From NCBI GenBank assembly GCA_963714015.1, contig OY970223.1, forward strand, positions 1,344,001 through 1,408,000: a stretch of DNA of 64,000 bases, in the 5' to 3' direction. Below, one piece after another: positions 19,192-28,538 of this stretch. Source of the stretch: Vulcanimicrobiota bacterium (GTDB lineage: Bacteria > Vulcanimicrobiota > Vulcanimicrobiia > Vulcanimicrobiales > Vulcanimicrobiaceae). Made by a program: the position numbers and the translations under genes. Position 1 is the first letter of the stretch. The number at the start of each line of letters is the position of its first letter. The notes under the pieces are model-generated. The model worked only from the letters and a program-made list of their open reading frames with translations. It ran no database searches and was not told where the DNA came from.

Positions 19192-20391
19192 CTAGAACTG
19201 AATGACGCTCGGCGAACCGATGCCGATTTCGAACTGAATCTGGGTGGCCTTCAGACCGCCGACGACCGGCAGCGTGTTCGAGCCGCAGGGCAGCGCAAGG
19301 CAGTTGAGCTGTTTCACGCCGTACGGACTGATGTTCGAAGGGCCGCCGCTGTTGAGCACGACCTGCGCAAAGGCTACCTTGCCGAACGACTGCGAAATAC
19401 CGGCGAAGTAGGCCATGTTGTGCTCGGGATACGTGTCCTCCGGAAGATAATCGCGCGAAGCCTGCGGCTCCAGGAAGACCTTGGTGCGGGGGAACGGCGC
19501 GTATTCCAAGTACAGGATCTGATAGATCTGCGCGTGGTTCGTCAGGTTCGCACCGGCCGGATGCACGAGCCATGTGGGCGCCGCTGTAAACGTTCCGAAC
19601 ATCTTCGGCGTCTTCAGGAACGGCACGGTGAACGCCGCTGCATACATCTGGGCCGTTCGCGTGGTGACGTTCGTGTACGGAACGCCGTTCTGCGCGATAA
19701 AGGGGACGACGTCGCCGTTACCGTTTGACGCTGCAATGGTCGACCAGCGCGAAACGTAGGTCGGCGTGATGACGATGGGAATTGCGCGTCCCTTGTAGGT
19801 TCCCAGGTTGATCAGTTTCTCGAGAAGCGCAAGACCGAACCGGTCCTTGGTGCTCACGTTGAACTGCGGATTGACGCCTTGACATGCGGCGGACGTCGTT
19901 CCGCTCAAATCCACACAGCTGGGATTGACGCCCGGCGAGCTTGGAAAGCCGGGGGGCAGATAGAGCGGCACCTGACCGCTGTTGAACCCGACCGGGTAGT
20001 GCTGAATCTCGTAGTAGTTCCCGACGAGCCGCAAATTGGAGCTGACGCCGAAACCGACGACTGCGTCGCCTCCGCCGGGCAGCCATCTTTTGCCGACGGT
20101 TCCGATGTTGCCGAGCGGATACGCAGACGAAGCGTCCAGCGTATAGGTCCAACCGACGGGCAGGCCGACGGCTTGCGGGCCGCCCACGGGCTGCTGCGTC
20201 ACGGGAGGGACTTGGGCGACCGCGTTCTTCGAAGCGGCGGGCGGCTTTGCGTTTTCCGCATTCTTGATAGCGGTGTTCGCTCCCGAGACCGCCGAACCGA
20301 AGACCCCGAAGGGGTCCGCCATAGCAGGGGCAGTGGCGATCGCCGAAACCAACGTCAAGGCTGCGGACGCACGTAGGAACGTACGAACCAT
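19192..20391 (-). CDS. Secreted hypothetical protein, possible outer-membrane beta-barrel
   Basis: Sec signal ending AMA-D, amphipathic beta-like strands, Cys pairs in probable loops, terminal Phe. Confidence 0.6.
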   Translation of the reverse strand: MVRTFLRASAALTLVSAIATAPAMADPFGVFGSAVSGANTAIKNAENAKPPAASKNAVAQVPPVTQQPVGGPQAVGLPVGWTYTLDASSAYPLGNIGTVGKRWLPGGGDAVVGFGVSSNLRLVGNYYEIQHYPVGFNSGQVPLYLPPGFPSSPGVNPSCVDLSGTTSAACQGVNPQFNVSTKDRFGLALLEKLINLGTYKGRAIPIVITPTYVSRWSTIAASNGNGDVVPFIAQNGVPYTNVTTRTAQMYAAAFTVPFLKTPKMFGTFTAAPTWLVHPAGANLTNHAQIYQILYLEYAPFPRTKVFLEPQASRDYLPEDTYPEHNMAYFAGISQSFGKVAFAQVVLNSGGPSNISPYGVKQLNCLALPCGSNTLPVVGGLKATQIQFEIGIGSPSVIQF

Positions 20392-20408
20392 TCTCGTTCT
20401 CCATGAAA

Positions 20409-20428
20409 GGCTATTAAATTTAATAGCC
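20409..20428. promoter_or_regulatory. Perfect 20-bp palindrome, candidate operator
   Basis: GGCTATTAAATTTAATAGCC equals its own reverse complement; lies 17 bp upstream of the ATG at 20391. Confidence 0.6.
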
Positions 20429-20489
20429 CGGCTTTGGAACGGGGATACCTTGCGGGCGGCCTAAAACCCTGGCTTCGGCGGCGCCGCGG

Positions 20490-23400
20490 TTAGGGGACCG
20501 GCGTGACCGGAGCCGGCTGCGGAATCTCCGCGGGCTTGATCGAGCGGCCATTTCCGCCGCGGCCGTGGCGACGGGTCGACCATGATTTGACGATGACGTA
20601 GATGACCGGCGTGATGACGAGATTCAGAAGCGTCGAGATGATCATGCCGCCGAACACGACGGTGCCCAGCGAGTTGCGGGCGGCGCTTCCTGCACCGGTC
20701 GCGATGACGAGCGGAATGACGGCGACGATGAAAGCGATCGACGTCATGAGAATCGGACGCAGCCGCGTTTGCGCGGCGCGCGAGGCGGCCGTCATGATGT
20801 CCGCGCCGGCACGCATCTGCTGGTTGGCGAACTCGACTATCAAGATTGCGCTCTTGCTGGCCAGGCCGATCAGCATGACGTAGCCGACCTGCGCGTACGC
20901 GTCGCTCGGCAAGTGACGGACGGCAAGGAAGACCAGGGCACCCAAAATTGCTACCGGCACGGCGAGCAGGACGATGAGCGGATCGACGAAGCTCTCGTAC
21001 TGCGCCGCCAGAACGAGAAACACGAAGATGATGCCGATGAAGAAGATCAGCACCGAAAGCGATCCGCCTTGGATCTCATCGAGCGTAATGCCGGACCACT
21101 CGTAACCGACGCCGGGCGGGTTGATTTTGGCAGCCAATGTCTGCATCGCGGCAATGGCTTGTCCGGAACCCTTGCCCGGCGCGGGATTGCCGTCGATTTC
21201 AATCGACCGAAACAGATTGTAGTGCGTGATTATCGGCGCCGATTTCGTCAGGGTAGCCGTGCCCAAGCCCTGAAGCGGCACCATGCCGCCGTTTGCCGAC
21301 CGCACGTACATAAATTGCAGCGCGTCCAACGAGTCGCGATACGGGTCTTCAGCCTCGACGTATACGCGGTACGATCGATTCAGATAGTCGAAGTTGTTGA
21401 CGTAGAACGATCCCAGATCGGTCTGCATCGTATTGAAGACGTCGGTCAGGCTGACGCCGATACTCTTCGCTTTTTCACGATCGATGTGCACGTCGTACTG
21501 CGGCGAGTCGATGCGGAACGTCGTGAAGACTTGCTGCAGATCCGGATTCTGGTTGCCGAGCCCCATATAACCGTAGGCAGTCTTCATCATCGTCGGAAGC
21601 CCGACGCCGGTTCGATCTTCCAGTTCGAACTGGAAACCCCCGAAATTACCGACGCCGTTAATTGCCGGAGGATTGAACGCAAACACTTGCGCTCCGGGGA
21701 TCCCGAAAAACTGCATCTGCACGCGCTGGAGGACTGCGTCGAGCGTATGCGCCCCGCCGCGCCGGTTCGACCACGGCAGCAGCTTCGCGAAGGCGATACC
21801 GTAATTGGACTCCGCTCCGGTGAAGCTGAATCCGGAGACGTTGAACACGTCGGAGATCTCTTTTTGCGAGAACAGGATCGAATCGACCCGGCGCGCGACC
21901 GTCTTTTCCTGCGACAGCGATGAGCCTTCGGGCAGCTGAATCGTTACGATGAAATAGCCTTGGTCCTCGTTGGGGATGAACGCGGTCGGCGTGGTGCGGA
22001 AGAGGAGAACCGTCGCCAGCAATCCGCAAAAGAAGAGTCCCGCCACCAGCCAGCGGCGCCGGAAGAACTGCGGCAGCATGGCGCGGTACCACGCGCGGAA
22101 CGAAGCCAACCCTTTGTTGAACCAGACGAAGAACGGAAAGTGCGACTCTCTTTCACCGCTGAGCATCAGTGCCGACATTACCGGCGTCAAGGTCAGCGAG
22201 GCAAAGAGCGATATCGTAATCGCCGCAGCGATCGTTAGCGCGAATTGCTTGTAGAGTTGCCCCGTGGTTCCCGGAAAGAACGCAACGGGCACGAAGACGG
22301 CAAGCAGCACGAGTGACGAGGCGACGACCGCACCTTGCACCTCACGCATTGCCGCAGCGGCGCCTTCGGCACCGCCCATTCCCTTCTCTTGAATGTACCG
22401 CGCGATGTTCTCGATAACGACGATCGCATCGTCCACGACCAGGCCCGTAGCGAGCGTCAGGCCGAAGAGCGTGATCGTGTTGATCGTGAATCCGAAGAGC
22501 TTCATAACGGCAAACGTTCCGATCAGCGAGATCGGAAGGGTGACGGCCGGAATGACGGTCGAACGCGGGTTCTGCAGGAAGAGAAAAATCACGAGTACGA
22601 CGAGGATGATGGAGAAGAAGAGCGTCAGAACGACTTCGCGGATCGATTCTTGGACGAACAGCGTGCTGTCGTACGCGATCTTGTAGCTTACGCCTTGCGG
22701 AAAGTTCTTTTGCAGAACGTCCAGTTCTTTACGCACGCCGCTCGCGACCGAGAGTGCGTTTGCGCTGGGAAGCTGCTGGATGCCGAGGCCCACCACGTTC
22801 GGGTTGCGGTCGAATGCCAGCGAACTCGAGTAGTCCTCCGCGCCGAGCTCGACGCGCGCGACGTCTCCCAAACGGTCGAAACCGCCGCCCGAGTTCGCCC
22901 GGACGATGATGTTCCGGAACTGGTCGGGAGTGCTGAGACGGCCTTCGGCGTGGACGCTAATCGTGAACGGCTGACCGGCGGGCTCCGGCGCGCCGCCTAT
23001 GCTGCCCGCGGCAACTTCAACGTTCTGCTCCTGTAAAGCGTTCAGTACGTCGGTGATTGCCAGACCGCGGCCTTCCAGTTTGGTGGGATCGACCCAGATC
23101 CGCATCGCGTAACGCCGCTGCCCGAAGATGATGACGTTGCTTACGCCGGGCACGCGTTTGAGCGAGTTTACGACGTTGAGCTCGGCATAGTTGCTCAGCA
23201 GCAGCTGCGAGAACGCCGGATTGTTCGACTGCATCGCCGCAGCCATGATAAAGGTGCCCGAATTTTTGGTCACCGTGACGCCGGTCTGTTGGACCTCCGC
23301 GGGCAATTGTCCGGATGCCGATTGGACTGCGTTTTGGACGTCCGTGGCGGCAATATCCAAGTTCGTTCCGAGATTGAACGTGCACGTGATCGTGCTCGTG

Positions 23401-23657
23401 CCGTTGTTTGCGCTGCTGGAGGTGATGTAGCGCAAGCCTTCGACGCCGTTGATGGCCTGCTCGAGCGGCGTCGTAACCGCCGACTCGACGGCCTGCGCGT
23501 TAGCGCCGGTATAGGCTGCGGTCACCGTTACGACCGGAGGCGCGATCTGCGGATATTGCGCGACGGGCAGGGTCGGTATCGCGATGAGGCCTGCCAGCAT
23601 CACGACGAGCGAGCACACCGCTGCGAAGATCGGTCGCCGCAGGAAGAATTGTGTCAA
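20490..23657 (-). CDS. RND efflux permease (HAE1/AcrB family)
   Basis: FFLRRPIFA, LPVAQYP, GLVVDDAIVVIEN, GLASKSAIL, RLRPILMT; 1055 aa. Confidence 0.95.
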   Translation of the reverse strand: MTQFFLRRPIFAAVCSLVVMLAGLIAIPTLPVAQYPQIAPPVVTVTAAYTGANAQAVESAVTTPLEQAINGVEGLRYITSSSANNGTSTITCTFNLGTNLDIAATDVQNAVQSASGQLPAEVQQTGVTVTKNSGTFIMAAAMQSNNPAFSQLLLSNYAELNVVNSLKRVPGVSNVIIFGQRRYAMRIWVDPTKLEGRGLAITDVLNALQEQNVEVAAGSIGGAPEPAGQPFTISVHAEGRLSTPDQFRNIIVRANSGGGFDRLGDVARVELGAEDYSSSLAFDRNPNVVGLGIQQLPSANALSVASGVRKELDVLQKNFPQGVSYKIAYDSTLFVQESIREVVLTLFFSIILVVLVIFLFLQNPRSTVIPAVTLPISLIGTFAVMKLFGFTINTITLFGLTLATGLVVDDAIVVIENIARYIQEKGMGGAEGAAAAMREVQGAVVASSLVLLAVFVPVAFFPGTTGQLYKQFALTIAAAITISLFASLTLTPVMSALMLSGERESHFPFFVWFNKGLASFRAWYRAMLPQFFRRRWLVAGLFFCGLLATVLLFRTTPTAFIPNEDQGYFIVTIQLPEGSSLSQEKTVARRVDSILFSQKEISDVFNVSGFSFTGAESNYGIAFAKLLPWSNRRGGAHTLDAVLQRVQMQFFGIPGAQVFAFNPPAINGVGNFGGFQFELEDRTGVGLPTMMKTAYGYMGLGNQNPDLQQVFTTFRIDSPQYDVHIDREKAKSIGVSLTDVFNTMQTDLGSFYVNNFDYLNRSYRVYVEAEDPYRDSLDALQFMYVRSANGGMVPLQGLGTATLTKSAPIITHYNLFRSIEIDGNPAPGKGSGQAIAAMQTLAAKINPPGVGYEWSGITLDEIQGGSLSVLIFFIGIIFVFLVLAAQYESFVDPLIVLLAVPVAILGALVFLAVRHLPSDAYAQVGYVMLIGLASKSAILIVEFANQQMRAGADIMTAASRAAQTRLRPILMTSIAFIVAVIPLVIATGAGSAARNSLGTVVFGGMIISTLLNLVITPVIYVIVKSWSTRRHGRGGNGRSIKPAEIPQPAPVTPVP

Positions 23658-23745
23658 AGCAAACCCCTAAACAACACCAGTGCGCCGAGTGTTGCATCCG
23701 GGGACACCGCCGCCCTGTGTCATATTCGAGCCCTAGGGGGAACCT

Positions 23746-24636
23746 CTATCCGAAAGCTCGTTCGGCGTGGTAGGAGCTGCGGGAGAGCGGGCTCGAGACC
23801 ACTTGATGGAAACCTTTGCCGCGCGCGAGCCGGCCGAGCTGCTCAAACTTCTCAGGCGTCACGAAGCTCTGGACGGGAAGATGCTTCTTGGTGGGCTGAA
23901 GGTATTGACCCATCGTGAAGATGTCCACGCCCGCGCTGCGCGCGTCGTCCATGGTCTGCTCGACCTCTAAATCCGTCTCACCCAATCCTAGCATTAGTGA
24001 GGTCTTGGTAAAGCGCTGCGGCGCGCGCGCCTTGGCGTGGCGGAGGATCGCGAGCGACTGATCGTACCTCGCACGTTTGTCGCGTACATGCGGCGTAAGG
24101 CGGCGGACCGTCTCGAGGTTATGCGCGAAGACGTCGGGCGCGGCGTCTAGTACGATGTCCAGCGCGTTCAGGTCGCCGCGGTAGTCGCCGCTCAATATCT
24201 CCACGCGCGAACCGGGCACGCGTTCGTGAATCTCACGGACCGTGTTGGCAAAGATGAGCGCGCCGCCGTCGGCTAAATCGTCGCGATCTACGGCGGTCAC
24301 GACCAGGTACCGCCAACCCATGTCCCGCACGGCCTCCGCCACTCGCACCGGCTCCATCCAATCGATCAGGCCTTTCGGATTACCGGTCTTGACGTTGCAA
24401 AAGCGGCATCCGCGCGTGCACGTATCGCCAAGAATCATGATGGTCGCGGTGCCCGCCCCCCAGCACTCGGCAAGGTTGGGGCACATGGCCTCTTTGCAAA
24501 CGGTATTGAGCGCGAGCGCGTTCACTTTGTCTTTGACGCGTTCGTACTCTTCGCCGCGCGGCAACTTGACCTTGAGCCACTCGGGCTTAGGCTTACGCTG
24601 CGGAGTGCCGTCGATCAGACTGATTTCTACTGCCAT
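23746..24636 (-). CDS. lipA: Lipoyl synthase
   Basis: KPEWLK, CKEAMCPNLAEC, CTRGCRFC, HNLETV, GQYLQP, RSSY. Confidence 0.97.
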   Translation of the reverse strand: MAVEISLIDGTPQRKPKPEWLKVKLPRGEEYERVKDKVNALALNTVCKEAMCPNLAECWGAGTATIMILGDTCTRGCRFCNVKTGNPKGLIDWMEPVRVAEAVRDMGWRYLVVTAVDRDDLADGGALIFANTVREIHERVPGSRVEILSGDYRGDLNALDIVLDAAPDVFAHNLETVRRLTPHVRDKRARYDQSLAILRHAKARAPQRFTKTSLMLGLGETDLEVEQTMDDARSAGVDIFTMGQYLQPTKKHLPVQSFVTPEKFEQLGRLARGKGFHQVVSSPLSRSSYHAERAFG

Positions 24637-25273
24637 CGAACTCTATTCCAAAAGTTTTCTCAATCGCCGCGCGCAGCACCGGCTTAACTCGTTCGATCTG
24701 AAGCTCTCGCCCCAGCTCGCGTGAAAGACTCGTTATGCCGCGATCCGTCAAACCGCACGGATTGATGAGCCGGTCGTAACTCAACTCCGTGCTCACATTG
24801 AGCGCGATCCCATGCAGAGAGGTCATTCGCTTCACCGCCAGACCAATCGCGCATATCTGATTCGCTCCGCACCACACCCCCGCATGCTCGCTCCAGCGCT
24901 CCGCCTCAACCCCGAAGCTCGCGCACGTATCGATCACCGCGCCTTCGAGCGCCCGAACCAACGGCACGACTTCCCTGAACCGCTCCAGCCTGCGAATCGG
25001 ATACACGACGAGCTGCCCCGGCCCGTGATACGTTACGTCGCCGCCCCGCTCGATTTGCACCAAATCGACGCCGCGCTGCTCGAGCGCTTCACAGCTGAGC
25101 AGCACGTTTTCGGACTTGGAATTCCGTCCCATCGTGACGACGGGCGGATGCTCGACGAAGATCCACGTTTCGGGCTCTTCGCCCTTGGCGACCGCTTCAT
25201 GCAGCTGACGCTGCAGATCCCAAACCTCGCGATACCCCCGCAATCCCAAGTCCAGCAGCTTTGCCGCGCTCAT
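24593..25273 (-). CDS. lipB: Octanoyltransferase
   Basis: EHPPVVTMG, RGGDVTYHGPGQLVVYP, HGIALN, INPCG. Confidence 0.93.
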   Translation of the reverse strand: MSAAKLLDLGLRGYREVWDLQRQLHEAVAKGEEPETWIFVEHPPVVTMGRNSKSENVLLSCEALEQRGVDLVQIERGGDVTYHGPGQLVVYPIRRLERFREVVPLVRALEGAVIDTCASFGVEAERWSEHAGVWCGANQICAIGLAVKRMTSLHGIALNVSTELSYDRLINPCGLTDRGITSLSRELGRELQIERVKPVLRAAIEKTFGIEFDGSRNQSDRRHSAA

Positions 25274-25290
25274 CTCATCCCCCTCACCCA

Positions 25291-25493
25291 GTAAAACGAA
25301 CGAGCCGTTAGAGTTGCGGGGTTCACCTCTGTTTGGCGAAGTCTCCGACTTTTTCGACTTCGATAGGATGTCGATTTCAAAACTTCGTTCCGTCGAAAAA
25401 GCGGCGAAGCGGAAAAATTCCTGGATGGAGTTTTTCCAGCGACTTCGCCAAACAGAGGTGAACGCGGCAACTCTAACCGTTGTTTCGTTTTGC
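25291..25493. repeat. ~200-bp branched inverted-repeat element between lpdA and lipB
   Basis: Arms 25293-25343 and 25441-25491 form a ~51-bp imperfect inverted repeat enclosing two internal hairpins. Confidence 0.9.
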
Positions 25494-25499
25494 GGCCCC

Positions 25500-26955
25500 T
25501 TACTTCGCAGCCACCGGCTGCGGCGCAGCTTTAGGCTTCGCATTGACGATGTGGATCGCTTTGCCATGGGCGGCCTCCGCTGCGTCCATGATGCCTTCGG
25601 TGAGCGTCGGATGCGGATGGATCGACAATCCGATGTCCTCGAGCGTGGCGCCCATCTCCAGAGCGATGACGCCTTCGCCGATGAGCGATTCGGCCTGCGG
25701 CGCGACGATATGCATGCCGAGGAGCAGATCGGTTTTCGCGTCGCCGACGAGTTTGATGAGGCCGTCGCTTTCGTTCATGGTGCGCGCGCGGCCGCTGGCT
25801 GCGAGAGGGAATTTACCGATGCGGACTTCGTAGCCGGCGGCCTTGGCCTCTTCTTCGGAGAGTCCGGCGGTGGCGACTTCGGGATCCGTGTAGACGCAGT
25901 TCGGGATCGCAACCGGATCGAATGCGGCGGAACGATCGCCGGCGATGACTTCCGCAGCGATGACGCCCTCTTTCATGCCTTTGTGGGCAAGCATCGGCGC
26001 GCCGGTGACGTCGCCGATTGCGAAGACGTTGGCTACTTTCGTGCGGCGCTGCGCATCGACGTCCATAAAGCCTTTTTCGTTGACGGAAAGTCCGGCGGCT
26101 TGCAAATTAAGTCCGTCGGTTACCGGACGCCGGCCGACCGCTACCAGTACGCACTCAAATTCGCGCGTCTCGTCTTTGCCGCCGGTGCCTTCGCCGTTGA
26201 ACGTGGCCTTGACGATCTTGCCCTCGCGCGAGAGTGCGCCGACTTTCGTGCTGAGCATGATCTCGACGCCCTGCTTTTTGAGTATGCGCCCGAGCGTCTT
26301 GGAGATTTCCAAGTCCGTGCCGGTCAGAATCTGCGGCAGCGCTTCGATGACGAGCACTTTTACGCCCATGCGGGTGTAAACCGTTGCAAATTCCAGGCCG
26401 ATGACGCCGCCGCCGATGACCAGCATGGTCTTGGGGACGCGCTTGAGACTGCACCGCGTCGTCGGAATTGATGATGTACTCGCCGTCGTGCGGCCACGCA
26501 CGGACGTCGATGGGCGCAGAGCCGGTGGCGATGACGACGTCCTTCGTCTTGATTGTGTCCTCGCCGCCTTCTTTTTTCGAGACGGCGATCTCGGTCGCGC
26601 TCTTGAACGAAGCCTGACCGTAGATGAACTGAACGTTGTTCGCTTTGAAGAGTGTTTTTACGCCGCCGACGTTTGCGTTCACAACGTCGGTTTTGAATTT
26701 CGCGACGCCTTCGCGGTCGACGTCGGCTTTGGCCACTTTCAAACCGATCGCGCCGGCATGATCGATGTGCCGGATGACCTCGCCCACGTGCAATAGCGCT
26801 TTGGTGGGAATGCATCCCCAGTTCAAGCAGACGCCGCCGACCTCGTCGCGATCGACGCAGATGACCTTCTTGCCGAGTTGTCCCAAACGGATGGCGGCAT
26901 GGTAACCACCCGGGCCAGCCCCGATGACGACTGCGTCTGCGACGTGTTCGGCCAC
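25500..26955 (-). CDS. lpdA: Dihydrolipoyl dehydrogenase, split by a 1-bp insertion at ~26448
   Basis: IGAGPGGY, GGVCLNWGCIPTK, IGGGVIGLE, AIGD, HPHPTLTE; removing a26448 restores DAVQLKRVP. Confidence 0.93.
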
Positions 26956-27053
26956 TTCAAAACTCCGATCTGGTAGGGAAGAGAGACTTCTGCGCGTCCC
27001 CGCCCAAACTATCGCGGGCGCCCACGCTTTTCGCAAGCACCAAAGTAGGGAGT

Positions 27054-27104
27054 AAGCCATCCAATTGGCGAAATGGACGGTAAATGTCCAAAATTGGATG
27101 GCTT
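27054..27104. promoter_or_regulatory. Candidate MocR-family operator in the divergent lpdA/MocR region
   Basis: Perfect 13-bp inverted repeat AAGCCATCCAATT (27054-27066) / AATTGGATGGCTT (27092-27104), plus inner TGGAC-N7-GTCCA. Confidence 0.6.
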
Positions 27105-28538
27105 CCACAGCTTGACCGCAACAGCATCGTTCCGCTGTATCGTCAGATCTACGAGTCTCTGCGGGAGTCCATCCTGGCGGGGACGCTCCCTGAGTCGACG
27201 CGCCTCCCGCCCGAACGGAGCTTGGCGGGCCGGCTGAACGTCAATCGCAGCACTGTGGTGCACGCATACCGCGAACTGGTCGCGGACGGTCTGATCGAGC
27301 AGAAAGTCGGATCGGGATCGCGGGTAGTCCCGCAGCTTCGAGCGGGCCAGCCGGAACGTTCCGCAGCGGTGCCCTGGTGGGTGACGCTCCCACCGTGGCG
27401 CGTAGGTGAATTTCCGACGATCCTGGGCGAGCTTGCCGCCAAGCAAGAAGCGGGCCGGATAAGTTTCGTCCAAGGCGTTGCTCCGGACGAGCCTTCGCCC
27501 CTCGGGGAGCTGGCAAAGTCGTTCGCGCGCGTAGCATGCGACCCCCGATTCATTCTCTCGTACGGCGATTCCGAGGGTTACGAGCCGCTGCGTGAGGCCA
27601 TTGCCCGCCGCATGGATTTGCGCGGCGCGCAAACGCGCTCGAAAGACGTGATCGTGCTGACCGGATCGACGCAGGGGATCATGGTCGTCTCGCAGTCCCT
27701 CGCCGAGCCTGGAGACGAGATCATCGTCGAGACTCCCAGCTATCCTGGCGCACTGCAGATCTTTCAGATATGCGGCCTTCGGGCGATTCCGGTTCCCGTG
27801 GACGAGGACGGCATGCGCGTCGATCACGTCGAGGCGATCCTGCGCACGCGCAGACCGCGCTTCATCTACACGATGCCCTCGCTGCATAATCCGACGAACG
27901 TCACGATGAACGGGGACCGCCGCGAGCGTTTGGTGACTATTGCGCGGCGCGCCGGCATTCCGATCATCGAAGACGATCCGTACGGCGAACTCGCTCAAAG
28001 CGGCCTTGCGCCGCTCGTCGGGCTGGCACCCGATTACGTCGTTTATTTGAGCACCTTCAGCAAAACGATCGCGCCGTCGCTGCGGGTAGGATGGCTCGCG
28101 GCGCCGCGTACGATTTTGGAACGGCTGTTGCTTCGCAAGCAAGCCCTCGACATGGCGACGAGTTTGTACGTTCAAGCCGCGATCGCCGACTATCTCGAAA
28201 GCGGCTACGATCCGCATGTCGCGCAGTTGCGCGAAGAATTGATCGTCCGGCGAAAAATGGCGGACGCCGCAATTGCCGAACACTGGCCGGCAACGATGCG
28301 CACGAGCAAAGCCGGCGGCGGATTCTATCTGTGGGTTACGACGCCGCGCGAGATCCGCGCGCGTCCGCTGCTCGACCAATCCGAACGTTTGGGCGCCTCC
28401 TTTCTTTTTGGTGAGCCGTTCTTCGCAAGCTCGGGAGGCGACCACAACTTCCGGCTTGCGCTCACGCCCGTTACGCGCGCCGAGATTCCGGAAGGGATCC
28501 GCCGCATCGGCAACGCCATGGCGTCGATTCGTTCGTGA
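27084..28538 (+). CDS. GntR/MocR family regulator (wHTH plus PLP aminotransferase-like domain)
   Basis: PLYRQI, RLPPERSLA..NRSTVVHAY, YGDSEG, ETPSYPG, HNPT, EDDPY, TFSKTIAPSLRVGW. Confidence 0.93.
   Translation: MSKIGWLPQLDRNSIVPLYRQIYESLRESILAGTLPESTRLPPERSLAGRLNVNRSTVVHAYRELVADGLIEQKVGSGSRVVPQLRAGQPERSAAVPWWVTLPPWRVGEFPTILGELAAKQEAGRISFVQGVAPDEPSPLGELAKSFARVACDPRFILSYGDSEGYEPLREAIARRMDLRGAQTRSKDVIVLTGSTQGIMVVSQSLAEPGDEIIVETPSYPGALQIFQICGLRAIPVPVDEDGMRVDHVEAILRTRRPRFIYTMPSLHNPTNVTMNGDRRERLVTIARRAGIPIIEDDPYGELAQSGLAPLVGLAPDYVVYLSTFSKTIAPSLRVGWLAAPRTILERLLLRKQALDMATSLYVQAAIADYLESGYDPHVAQLREELIVRRKMADAAIAEHWPATMRTSKAGGGFYLWVTTPREIRARPLLDQSERLGASFLFGEPFFASSGGDHNFRLALTPVTRAEIPEGIRRIGNAMASIRS

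Noticed and set aside
4635..20470. AGGG-N18 motif upstream of the R3H ATPase, ychF, gdhA and the barrel-like gene as an alternative-sigma promoter
   Set aside because: The putative -10 elements disagree (TAAA, GAAC, TAAT, GTAT); too weak without a genome-wide test.
25500..26955. Calling lpdA, the glycosidase, the S9 peptidase or mutY pseudogenes or programmed frameshifts
   Set aside because: Single-base breaks with all catalytic motifs intact, no slippery heptamers and a shared AGCT context point to sequence error.
27009..28445. Long antisense ORFs opposite MocR and other genes (for example 20769-21923, 49659-50888, 51737-52840)
   Set aside because: They fully overlap motif-supported genes, lack motifs and are expected in GC-rich DNA.
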